Assembly: GCA_965261395.1 (NCBI GenBank)
Contig: OZ253462.1
Coordinates: forward strand, 6,240,001-6,304,000
From: Candidatus Latescibacterota bacterium
Lineage (GTDB): Bacteria > Latescibacterota > UBA2968 > UBA8231
Direction of reading: 5' to 3'
Length of the DNA: 64,000 nt
The position numbers and the translations under genes were made by a program. This document shows, one piece after another, positions 38,873 to 48,185 of this stretch. Numbering within the stretch: the first letter of the stretch is position 1; the number at the start of each line of letters is the position of its first letter. The notes under the pieces are model-generated. The model had not been told where the DNA came from. It worked only from the letters and a program-made list of their open reading frames with translations, and did not search any database.

Positions 38873-39673
38873 ATGCCCGAGCGGACGCACGACCTAGGAA
38901 AAGTGAAAGAGGAATTTTTCGCGCAGGGGTATTCCCTAGTCGAAGATGCCGTAGAACCCGAGATGGTCGATCGGTTGGAGGCCGCGGCCCGGCGGGTGTG
39001 GGCCAAGGTGCGCGCTGGCGAAGTGGATGTGGCCGGCAACGGCCCGGAGGCCACGGCTATTTTCGGCGTCATTGCCCCGGAATTTGGGGAGCCGGTCTTT
39101 GCCGAGCACTTGGCGTCCCCGGCAATCGAGCGCTATGTCAAGGCTTTTTTGGGGCCGGACTTGCGCATGGGGCACGTGCATCTGTGGTGCGCCGACAAGG
39201 GCTACGACACGGGCTGGCACCGCGACATTGGGACGGGTAATCAAGACGGTGACGCGGAGCGGGAAATGGCGCTTATCACCCAGCCGATGACGGGTTTGCG
39301 GTGGCAATTGGCGCTCGTTGACGATCCCTGTCTATGGCTGGTGCGCGGCAGCCATCTGCGGCCGCGCACGCCCGAGGAACACCACGCCTTAGCTGTGGAT
39401 AGGAAGGTCGATATCACCGGCCAGAAGAACATTTTTTTAAAGAGGGGTCAGGTGCTGTTCTGGAGCGGTTATACGATTCACCGCGGCCGCCAACCAGCGC
39501 ATCTGCCCCAGCGGCTGAGCATGACGGGCGCGCTGATGATCTACCGGCCGGATGAGCCGCAGACGGAGGTGGACGAGCGCTTTCGCTGGAAGCTGGCCGA
39601 CAACGTGCGCGCTGCGCTGCCGCCGAAGGCCCAGCTTTACTACGACCGCTGGCGCGCCCTGCAAAAGGCCTAG
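38873..39673 (+). CDS. Phytanoyl-CoA dioxygenase (PhyH) family protein
   Basis: WHRD, VRGSH and TIHRG motifs; RBS ggagg. Confidence 0.85.
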   Translation: MPERTHDLGKVKEEFFAQGYSLVEDAVEPEMVDRLEAAARRVWAKVRAGEVDVAGNGPEATAIFGVIAPEFGEPVFAEHLASPAIERYVKAFLGPDLRMGHVHLWCADKGYDTGWHRDIGTGNQDGDAEREMALITQPMTGLRWQLALVDDPCLWLVRGSHLRPRTPEEHHALAVDRKVDITGQKNIFLKRGQVLFWSGYTIHRGRQPAHLPQRLSMTGALMIYRPDEPQTEVDERFRWKLADNVRAALPPKAQLYYDRWRALQKA

Positions 39674-39871
39674 ACGCTATCTGAAACGCCGGTGAGCCGT
39701 CCGACGCCGTGTCTTGGTGGTGGGCAATCACATACGGGCGCGGGGATGACGTTAAATTTTTTGACGCAACGGACATTCCCTGACCGCTTCGGGTTTATAT
39801 TTATCCGACGGAGGATTGAGCCATCCCGACACCGACATGGACGCAAATCGAAATTACAGGAGGATGACCCC

Positions 39872-42283
39872 ATGAAAACCCTCATTTTTTGGTTCTCCTT
39901 TCTGTCGTTGCTCAGTCTCATCTACTCGCCGCTAGCCGTCGCCCATGAGTCGCCTTCGTCAGCCGATAGCGTGCATTCCCGCGAGCATCGCCCTGCGGCC
40001 AAGCGGCTGGCGGATCTGAACGTGAGCGAATCCCGCACCGTGCGGCTGATTTACTTTTTGCCCAATGACCGTCCGTTTCGCGTCGAGGTAGTTGATGCAA
40101 TGAAAGCTGTGATTCGCCACGTTCAGACCTTCTATGCCGAGCAGATGCAGGTGCATGGCTACGGCGACGGAACCTTCCGCTTTGAAACTGACGAACAGGG
40201 TGAACCGCTGGTGCATCGCGTGGATGGTCAACACCCTGATAAGCACTATCTCGACGATACGAATGGTACTGTGTTTGAGGAGATTGGACAGGTGTTTGAT
40301 CTCCGTGCGAACATTTACTTCATCGTCGTTGACAATAGTACAGATCTTACTAATAGACAGGCGGCAGGTAACGGAGGCAGGTATGAGAAAAATAGTGGAT
40401 ATGCCTTTTATACAGGCGGATCAATGCTTGCTGCCAGAAAATCTGCCAGCAGATCGCTGTATGCTGGCGAATATTCCTTTTACGTGGCTCTCCATGAACT
40501 TGGCCACGCCTTCGGACTGCATCACGATTTCAGGGATGGTGCGTACATCATGTCGTATGGCCCACCAGGATGGAATCGGTTGTCTGCGTGCCATGCCGAA
40601 TATCTGGCTGTGCATCCCTACTTTAATCCCGATACCCCAATTCAGGAGACATCACCGCCCACTACCGAACTCATTTCGCCACACGCATCCGGCAGGGGAA
40701 CAAGCGCCTCCGTCCAGCTTAAAGTCAGAGATTCTGAAGGGGTTCATCAGGTGCTCCTCACTAATAGCGGCAGCACTAGGAGAGCATGTCGTGGATTGAC
40801 GGGTGAAAAAGATGCCGTCGTTGAATTCTATTATTACGACGTTATTCCACCTGATGGCGTTACGAGTCTTCCCAACCCCGCTGCACATCGGATTGCGGTA
40901 CATGCCGTTGATCTGGGTGGGAATGTGAGGAAGGCGTCTTTTGTTCTTGATGTGTCTAAGTGGCCGCGCCCCCAGCCTCAAATGCTAGAGAAAATCTCCG
41001 GCGATGAGCAGCAGGGACCGGCTGGCGTTCAACTGGACGAGCCGTTCGTGGTTTCGGTGCTGGATCAAAACGGCTCGGCGATTGCCGGGGGGGCTGTCGT
41101 CACCTTTTCGGTCATCGCCGGTGGGGGGACGCTCTCGGTTGAGACCGCCACCGCCGATGCTAGCGGCCAAGCCGCTACTAGGCTGACGCTGGGCAGGGAT
41201 CCGGGACCGAACACCATTGAGGTCACCGTCGCGGGGTTTGAACCGGTGACCTTTACGGCTACCGCCATCGAGCAGGAGATCACCGTCGTTGATCAGGCGA
41301 TGCCCCAGACCTTGACGAAGGTCTCCGGCGATAGCCAAGAAGGCCCGGCCAGCACGCAACTAGCCGCGCCGTTTGTCGTTTCGGTGTTGGATCAAGCTGG
41401 CTCACCCCTTGCCGGGGTGTCCGTCACCTTTTCGGTGACCGCAGGCGGCGGGCTGCTGTCGTCCACCACCGATACCAACCCTTGTACTGTTGAGCCATCT
41501 ACGTCGTCGACCACGGCTACCACCGATGCCAACGGCCAAGCTGCTACTAGGCTGACGCTGGGCAGCGACGCGGGGACGAACACGGTTTCGGCCACGGTTG
41601 CGGGGCTTGAACCGGTGACCTTTACCGCTACCGCCGCCGAGCAAGCAATGCCCCACAGTCTGACGAAGGTCTGTGGCGAGGACCAAGAAGGCACGGCCGA
41701 CATACTACTGGATGAGCCGTTTGTGGTTTTAGTGTCGGATGAAGATGGTGCGGCGATAGCCGGGGTGGTCGTATCGTTTTCGGTGACTGCTGGCGGGGGG
41801 ACGCTCTCGGCGGCCACGGCTACCACCGATGCCAACGGCCAAGCTGCTACTAGGCTGACGCTGGGCAGCGATGCGGGGACCAACACGGTTTCGGCCACGG
41901 TTGAGGGGCTGGAGTCGGGGACCTTCACCGCTACCGGGCAAGAGTCGCCCTTGGTTAGTCTCTTCGACGCTTTTTTGGGGGGTGGCAAGCGGGTGGCTCT
42001 GCCCGACAGCCCGCAGTTGGCGCAAAACGCGCCTAATCCGTTCAACAGCCAGACAGTTCTTGCCTACTTCTTGCACGCGCCTGGTCCGGCGCGCCTAGAA
42101 GTGTTCGCGTTGACGGGTCAACGGGTGGCGGTCCTCCACCAAGGGCCGCAGCAGGCCGGCTACCACCGGCTCCGTTGGAATGGTCGCGACGACGCGGGTC
42201 GCCCCGTGGCCAGCGGCATGTACCTGTATAGGCTAGTGACCGACGAAGTCGTTCTGGCACGCAAGCTCGTGCTGCTGCGGTAG
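39872..42283 (+). CDS. Secreted metzincin-like protein with three Big_1 Ig-like domains and FlgD-Ig/T9SS-CTD-like tail
   Basis: Signal peptide; [12 protein letters not shown] plus IMSY Met-turn; KISGD.Q.G..TTDANG.A.T.LTLG repeats; [20 protein letters not shown] tail. Confidence 0.85.
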   Translation: MKTLIFWFSFLSLLSLIYSPLAVAHESPSSADSVHSREHRPAAKRLADLNVSESRTVRLIYFLPNDRPFRVEVVDAMKAVIRHVQTFYAEQMQVHGYGDGTFRFETDEQGEPLVHRVDGQHPDKHYLDDTNGTVFEEIGQVFDLRANIYFIVVDNSTDLTNRQAAGNGGRYEKNSGYAFYTGGSMLAARKSASRSLYAGEYSFYVALHELGHAFGLHHDFRDGAYIMSYGPPGWNRLSACHAEYLAVHPYFNPDTPIQETSPPTTELISPHASGRGTSASVQLKVRDSEGVHQVLLTNSGSTRRACRGLTGEKDAVVEFYYYDVIPPDGVTSLPNPAAHRIAVHAVDLGGNVRKASFVLDVSKWPRPQPQMLEKISGDEQQGPAGVQLDEPFVVSVLDQNGSAIAGGAVVTFSVIAGGGTLSVETATADASGQAATRLTLGRDPGPNTIEVTVAGFEPVTFTATAIEQEITVVDQAMPQTLTKVSGDSQEGPASTQLAAPFVVSVLDQAGSPLAGVSVTFSVTAGGGLLSSTTDTNPCTVEPSTSSTTATTDANGQAATRLTLGSDAGTNTVSATVAGLEPVTFTATAAEQAMPHSLTKVCGEDQEGTADILLDEPFVVLVSDEDGAAIAGVVVSFSVTAGGGTLSAATATTDANGQAATRLTLGSDAGTNTVSATVEGLESGTFTATGQESPLVSLFDAFLGGGKRVALPDSPQLAQNAPNPFNSQTVLAYFLHAPGPARLEVFALTGQRVAVLHQGPQQAGYHRLRWNGRDDAGRPVASGMYLYRLVTDEVVLARKLVLLR

Positions 42284-42463
42284 CTTGATAGCTTCTACGG
42301 GGGACCGCGCCCAAAGTCAGCCGAGGAGGGCCTCGATGGAATGGGGTTGCACAGGCTGGGTAAACTTGGGGCACTGCAATGAACGATGACCGAAAAAGTG
42401 TTTCACCTTTGAGAGGGGTTCTATGTTTTCTGCATCGAATGCAATAAAAGGAGTCTATCTCAA

Positions 42464-45400
42464 ATGAAAAAGACCTTGCTGGCCAGCATTGCCTTGTTGG
42501 CCAGCGTCCTGTTTGTGCCGGCCATTCACGCCCAAGACGAGCCACTTACCCGCTTGAATTTGCCCGAAGGTGCGCTCGCCCGCTTGGGCAAAGGCCGCAT
42601 CGGTTCGGGCGACCGGGCGGTGACCCATTCGCCGGACGGTACGCGGCTGGCGGTGGCCGGCGGGATTGGTATCTGGCTCTACGATGCGCACACCGGCGAC
42701 GAAGTCGCCCTGCTTACGGGACATACGGATAGGGTCACTTCGGTGTCGTTTTCGCCGGATGGGACGACCATAGCCAGCGGCAGTGCGGACGAGACAGTAC
42801 GGTTGTGGGAGGTGGCCAGCGGCCAAGAAAAGGCGACTCTCGCAGGGCATACGTCTTCGGTTACTTCGGTGTCGTTTTCGCCGGATGGGACGATCTTGGC
42901 CAGTGGCAGTGCGGACGAGACAGTACGGTTGTGGGAGGTGGCCAGCGGCCACGAAAAGGCGACTCTCGCAGGGCATACGTCTTCGGTCGCTTCGGTGTCG
43001 TTTTCGCCGGATGGGACGACCTTAGCCAGTGGCAGTGCGGACGGCACGGTACGGTTGTGGGAGGTGGCCAGCGGCCACGAAAAGGCCATCCTGAGAGGGC
43101 ATACGGATGATGTCGCTTCGGTATCGTTTTCGCCGGATGGGACGATCTTGGCCAGTGGCAGTAGGGACTGGACGGTACGGTTGTGGGAGGTGGCCAGCGG
43201 CCAAGAAAAGATCACCCTTGCAGGGCATACGTATTGGGTCTATTCGGTATCGTTTTCGCCGGATGGGACGACCTTGGCCAGTGGCGGTGGGGACGAGACG
43301 GTACGGTTGTGGGAGGTGGCCAGCGGCCAAGAAAAAGCTACCCTGAGAGGGCATACGTGGGCTGTCCTTTCGGTGTCGTTTTCACCGAATGGGACGACCT
43401 TAGCCAGTGGTAGTTTGGATGGCACGGTACGGTTGTGGGAGGTGGCCAGCGGCCAAGAAAAGGCGACTCTCGCAGGGCATACATATTGGGTCTATTCGGT
43501 GTCATTTTCACCAGATGGGACTATCTTGGCCAGTGGCAATGGGAACCGGACGGTGCGATTGTGGGAGGTGGCCAGCGGCCAAGAAACAGCCACCCTCGCA
43601 GGGCATACGTCTTCGGTTACTTCGGTGTCGTTTTCACCGGATGGGACTATCTTGGCCAGTGGCGGTGCGGATGGGACGGTGCGATTGTGGGAGGTGGCCA
43701 ACGGCCAAGAAACAGCCGCCCTCGCAGGGCATACGTCTTCGGTTACTTCGGTGTCGTTTTCACCGGATGGGTTCACCTTAGCCAGCGGCGGTGCGGATGG
43801 CACGGTACGGTTGTGGGAGGTGGCCAGCGGCCAAGGAAAGGCCATCCTCGCAGGGCATACGGATGGGGTCTCTTCGGTATTGTTTTCGCCGGATGGAGCT
43901 GCCTTGGCCAGCGGCAGTGCGGACGGCACGATCCTGCTGTGGGAAGTGGCCAGCGGCCACGAAACAGCCACCCTCGCAGGGCATACGGATGGAGTCCTTT
44001 CGGTATCGTTTTCGCCGGATGGGTTCACTTTAGCCAGTGGTAGTGCGGACGGCACGATACGATTGTGGGAGGTGGCCAGCGGCCACGAAACAGCCACCCT
44101 CGAAGGGCATACGTCTTCGGTTACTTCGGTATCGTTTTCGCCGGATGGGTTCACTTTAGCCAGTGGTAGTGCGGATGGGACAGCGCGGTTGTGGGAGGTG
44201 GCCAGCGGCCACGAAACAGCCACCCTCGAAGGGCATACGTCTTGGATCTATTCGGTATCGTTTTCGCCGGATGGGACGACCTTAGCCAGTGGCAGTGCGG
44301 ACGGCACGATCCTGCTGTGGGACATGGAACCCTACATCATTTATACCCGCTTGAATTTGCTCGAAGGTGCGCTCGCCCGCTTGGGCAAAGGCCGCATGGG
44401 TTCGGGCGACCGGGCGGTGACCTATTCGCCGGACGGTACGCATCTGGCGGTGGCCAGCGGGATTGGTATCTGGCTCTACGATGCACACACCGGCGACGAA
44501 GTTTCCCTGCTTACGGGACATACGTGGGCTGATGTCCTTGCGGTATCGTTTTCGCCGGATGGGGCTACCTTGGCCAGTGGCAGCGATGACGAGACGGTAC
44601 GGTTGTGGGAAGTGTCTACCGGCCAAGAAACAGCCACTCTCGAAGGGCATACGGATAGGGTTTATTCGGTATCGTTTTCGCCGGATGGGACGGCCTTAGC
44701 CAGTGGCAGTGCGGATGGCACGGTACGGTTGTGGGAGGTGGCCAGCGGTCAAGAAAAGGCCATCCTGAGAGGGCATACGGATGGGGTTTATTCGGTATCG
44801 TTTTCGCCGGATGGGACGACCTTAGCCAGCGGTAGTAGGGACCGGACGGTACGATTGTGGGAGGTGGCCAGCGGCCAAGAAAAGGCTACCCTCGAAGGGC
44901 ATACGTCTTCGGTCACTTCGGTATCGTTTTCGCCGGATGGGACGACCTTAGCCAGTGGCAGTTGGGACGCCACGGTACGATTGTGGGAGGTGGCCAGCGG
45001 TCAAGAAAAGACTACCCTCGAAGGGCATACGTCTTGGGTTTATTCGGTATTGTTTTCGCCGGATGGGACGACCGTAGCCAGCGGCAGTGAGGACGGCACG
45101 ATACGATTGTGGGAAGTGGCCACCAGTCAAGAAAAAGCCAGCCTCAAAGGGCATACGGATAGGGTTTATTCGGTGTCGTTTTCGCCGGATGGGACGACCG
45201 TAGCCAGTGGTAGTAGGGACGGCACGCTACGGTTGTGGGAGGTGGCCAGCGGCCACGAAAAGGTCAGCCTCAAAGGGCATACGTCTTGGATCTCTGCGGT
45301 ATTGTTTTCGCCGGATGGGGCGATCTTAGCCAGTGGTAGTGCGGACGGCACAGTGCGGTTGTGGGAGGTGGCCAGCCGCCAAGAAAAGGCTACTCTGAGA

Positions 45401-47260
45401 GGGCATACATCTTGGGTCACTTCGGTATCGTTTTCGCCGGATGGGGCTACCCTGGCCAGCGGCAGTGAGGACGGCACGCTACGATTGTGGGAGGTGGCCA
45501 GCGGCCTAGAAAAAGCCACTCTTGAAGGGCATACGGATGGAGTCCTTTCGGTATTGTTTTCGCCGGATGGGGCTACCCTGGCCAGCGGCAGTGCAGACGG
45601 CACGCTACGATTGTGGGAGGTGGCCAGCGGCCTAGAAAAAGCCACTCTTGAAGGGCATACGGATGGAGTCCTTTCGGTATCGTTTTCGCCGAATGGGGCT
45701 ACCCTGGCCAGTGGCAGTAGGGATGGGACGGTACGGTTGTGGGAAGTGGCTAGCGGCCAAGAGAAGGCTACCCTGAGAGGGCATCTGTCTTGGGTTTTTT
45801 CGGTATTGTTTTCGCCGGATGGGACGACCTTGGCCAGTGGCAGTGCGGATGGGACGGTACGATTGTGGGAGGTGGCCAGCGGCCTAGAAAAAGCCATCCT
45901 GAGAGGGCAAACGTCTTGGGTCCATTCGGTATCGTTTTCACCGGATGGGACTGCCTTGGCCAGTGGCAATGGGGACGGTACGATCCTGTTGTGGGACATG
46001 GCACCCTACATTACTCACACCCGCTTGAATTTGCCTGAAGGTGCGCTCGCCCGCTTGGGCAAAGGCCGCATCGGTTCGGGCGACCGGGCGGTGACCTATT
46101 CGCCGGACGGCACGCGGCTGGCAGTGGCCGACGAGACTGGTATCTGGCTCTACGATGCGCACACCGGCGACAAAGTCGCCCTGCTCACGGGGCATACGGA
46201 CGGGGTTTATTCGGTGTCGTTTTCGTCGGACGGGACGACCTTGGCCAGTGGTAGTGATGATGGCACGGTACGGTTGTGGGAAGTGGCCAGCGGCCAAGAA
46301 ACAGCCACCCTGAGAGGGTCAGATAGGGTTTATTCGGTGTCGTTTTCGCCGGATGGAACTACCTTGGCCAGTGGTAGTGATGATGGCACGGTACGGTTAT
46401 GGGAGGTGGCCAGCGGCCAAGAAACAGCCACCCTGAGAGGACATACGTGGCCTGTCCGTTCGGTGTCGTTTTCGCCGGATGGAACTACCTTGGCCAGTGG
46501 CAGTGTGGACCGGACGGTACGGTTGTGGGAGGTGGCCAGCCGCCAAGGAAAGGCCACCCTGAGAGGGCATACGGATGGGGTCTATTCGGTGTCGTTTTCG
46601 CCGGATGGGTTCACTTTAGCCAGTGGCAGTTGGGACGGCACCGTACGGTTGTGGGAAGTGGCTAGCCGCCAAGAAAAGGCTACCCTCGAAGGACATACGT
46701 CTTCGGTCTATTCGGTATCGTTTTCGCCGAATGGGAGGACCTTAGCTAGTGGCAGTTGGGACGGCACGGTACGGTTGTGGGAGGTGATCAGCGGCCAAGA
46801 AAAGGCTACCCTGAGAGGGCATACGGATGGGGTCTATTCGGTATCGTTTTCGCCGGACGGGACGACCTTGGCCAGTGGTAGTGCGGACAGCACGATCCTG
46901 CTATGGGACATGGCACCCTACATCACCCCCTCGGCACCGAAGGCCACTTACGCTTCGCCGCTGCCGGCGCAGACGGCATTGCTGGCCAACTACCCCAACC
47001 CCTTCAACCCCGAAACCTGGATTCCCTTTCAACTGCACGCACCAGCGCCAGTGCGCCTGAGCATCTACGATGTCCGGGGGGCACTGGTGCGGGAAATCGA
47101 CCTAGGCCATCGGGCGGCGGGCCGGTACCTAACGAGCGCCGGTGCCGTCCATTGGGATGGCCGCGATCAGATGGGCCAGCGGGTCGCCAGCGGCGTGTAT
47201 CTGTATCGATTGCAGGCCGGCCCGATTGCTCAGGTGCGCAAGATGCTCCTCGTCAAATAA
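42464..47260 (+). CDS. Secreted three-module WD40 protein with FlgD-Ig/T9SS-CTD-like tail
   Basis: Three capped modules of 13, 12 and 6 WD repeats; [28 protein letters not shown] tail. Confidence 0.92.
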   Translation: MKKTLLASIALLASVLFVPAIHAQDEPLTRLNLPEGALARLGKGRIGSGDRAVTHSPDGTRLAVAGGIGIWLYDAHTGDEVALLTGHTDRVTSVSFSPDGTTIASGSADETVRLWEVASGQEKATLAGHTSSVTSVSFSPDGTILASGSADETVRLWEVASGHEKATLAGHTSSVASVSFSPDGTTLASGSADGTVRLWEVASGHEKAILRGHTDDVASVSFSPDGTILASGSRDWTVRLWEVASGQEKITLAGHTYWVYSVSFSPDGTTLASGGGDETVRLWEVASGQEKATLRGHTWAVLSVSFSPNGTTLASGSLDGTVRLWEVASGQEKATLAGHTYWVYSVSFSPDGTILASGNGNRTVRLWEVASGQETATLAGHTSSVTSVSFSPDGTILASGGADGTVRLWEVANGQETAALAGHTSSVTSVSFSPDGFTLASGGADGTVRLWEVASGQGKAILAGHTDGVSSVLFSPDGAALASGSADGTILLWEVASGHETATLAGHTDGVLSVSFSPDGFTLASGSADGTIRLWEVASGHETATLEGHTSSVTSVSFSPDGFTLASGSADGTARLWEVASGHETATLEGHTSWIYSVSFSPDGTTLASGSADGTILLWDMEPYIIYTRLNLLEGALARLGKGRMGSGDRAVTYSPDGTHLAVASGIGIWLYDAHTGDEVSLLTGHTWADVLAVSFSPDGATLASGSDDETVRLWEVSTGQETATLEGHTDRVYSVSFSPDGTALASGSADGTVRLWEVASGQEKAILRGHTDGVYSVSFSPDGTTLASGSRDRTVRLWEVASGQEKATLEGHTSSVTSVSFSPDGTTLASGSWDATVRLWEVASGQEKTTLEGHTSWVYSVLFSPDGTTVASGSEDGTIRLWEVATSQEKASLKGHTDRVYSVSFSPDGTTVASGSRDGTLRLWEVASGHEKVSLKGHTSWISAVLFSPDGAILASGSADGTVRLWEVASRQEKATLRGHTSWVTSVSFSPDGATLASGSEDGTLRLWEVASGLEKATLEGHTDGVLSVLFSPDGATLASGSADGTLRLWEVASGLEKATLEGHTDGVLSVSFSPNGATLASGSRDGTVRLWEVASGQEKATLRGHLSWVFSVLFSPDGTTLASGSADGTVRLWEVASGLEKAILRGQTSWVHSVSFSPDGTALASGNGDGTILLWDMAPYITHTRLNLPEGALARLGKGRIGSGDRAVTYSPDGTRLAVADETGIWLYDAHTGDKVALLTGHTDGVYSVSFSSDGTTLASGSDDGTVRLWEVASGQETATLRGSDRVYSVSFSPDGTTLASGSDDGTVRLWEVASGQETATLRGHTWPVRSVSFSPDGTTLASGSVDRTVRLWEVASRQGKATLRGHTDGVYSVSFSPDGFTLASGSWDGTVRLWEVASRQEKATLEGHTSSVYSVSFSPNGRTLASGSWDGTVRLWEVISGQEKATLRGHTDGVYSVSFSPDGTTLASGSADSTILLWDMAPYITPSAPKATYASPLPAQTALLANYPNPFNPETWIPFQLHAPAPVRLSIYDVRGALVREIDLGHRAAGRYLTSAGAVHWDGRDQMGQRVASGVYLYRLQAGPIAQVRKMLLVK

Positions 47261-47358
47261 AGGCCGGCCGTGCCCGACATAAACACAAACTGCCCTGCAG
47301 GAACCTAAATCCATGAAAACCTCTTTAGCATCATGTATGACAAAGACAAGGAATATCA

Positions 47359-47835
47359 ATGATGGCAATCGTTCTATTATTTGCACTGGCGTCCAGTGCT
47401 TTTGCGGATGAATACACGCCGGTTGACTGGATCCAAGTAACTGAGGATGGAGGAATCGAAGTGAAGCTGGGTTTTTTCAGCCTCGGCACAGGAAATTCGG
47501 GGTGTTTAGAGATCGGAGATATGACCATTAATGACGTTATCTACTCTGTCGGCGCTAGCTGGTGGCAGATGCGCAAAGGAGAGGATTCCGAATGGATCGA
47601 TATTCCAGGAACAGAGCGCACCGGCGCAATCTGTGGCATTGGCATGACTCTGGATATGCCGGGCGAGTACCGACCGGTTGCGGAAGTCACAGTCGATGGC
47701 GTAATGAGGAAATACACGAGTGGGAACACCCTAGTAGTAGCTGGCGATCCCGAGTCAGCGGTCGAGGAGGCAGGAGACGAGTCAGCGGTCGAGGCCGTCA
47801 CTTGGGGATTCCTCAAATCGAGGGCGATGCGCTGA
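47359..47835 (+). CDS. Small secreted protein with AVEAVTWGFLK C-terminal motif
   Basis: Signal peptide ..SSAFA; terminal motif shared with 16784..17716. Confidence 0.7.
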   Translation: MMAIVLLFALASSAFADEYTPVDWIQVTEDGGIEVKLGFFSLGTGNSGCLEIGDMTINDVIYSVGASWWQMRKGEDSEWIDIPGTERTGAICGIGMTLDMPGEYRPVAEVTVDGVMRKYTSGNTLVVAGDPESAVEEAGDESAVEAVTWGFLKSRAMR

Positions 47836-47869
47836 CCTAGGCGACGACTTCGAGCACACTGCAGCAGGA

Positions 47870-48155
47870 CCTTAGCCGTGGATAGGAAGGTCGATATCAC
47901 CGGCCAGAAGAACATTTTTTTAAAGAGGGGTCAGGTGCTGTTTTGGAGCGGTTATACGATTCACCGCGGCCGCCAACCGGCGCACCTGTCCCAGCGGCTG
48001 AGCATGACGGGCGCGCTGATGATCTACCGGCCAGACGAGCCGCAGACAGAGGTGGACGAGCGCTTTCGCTGGAAGCTGGCCGCCAACGTGCGCGCTGCGC
48101 TGCCGCCGAAAGCCCAGCTTTACTACGACCGTTGGCGCGTTTTGCAGAAGACCTA
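47870..48155 (+). pseudogene. Duplicated 3' part of the phyH gene (39387-39672)
   Basis: About 285 bp near-identical; differences are mostly synonymous. Confidence 0.85.
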
Positions 48156-48185
48156 TGGACACTAAAAGAGTTTTAAAACAGTCTT

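Noticed and set aside
42700-46900. Regular repeats as a possible CRISPR array or DGR
   Set aside because: They are in-frame 126-nt coding repeats with no unique spacers; no cas or RT gene is present, and variation is not adenine-specific.
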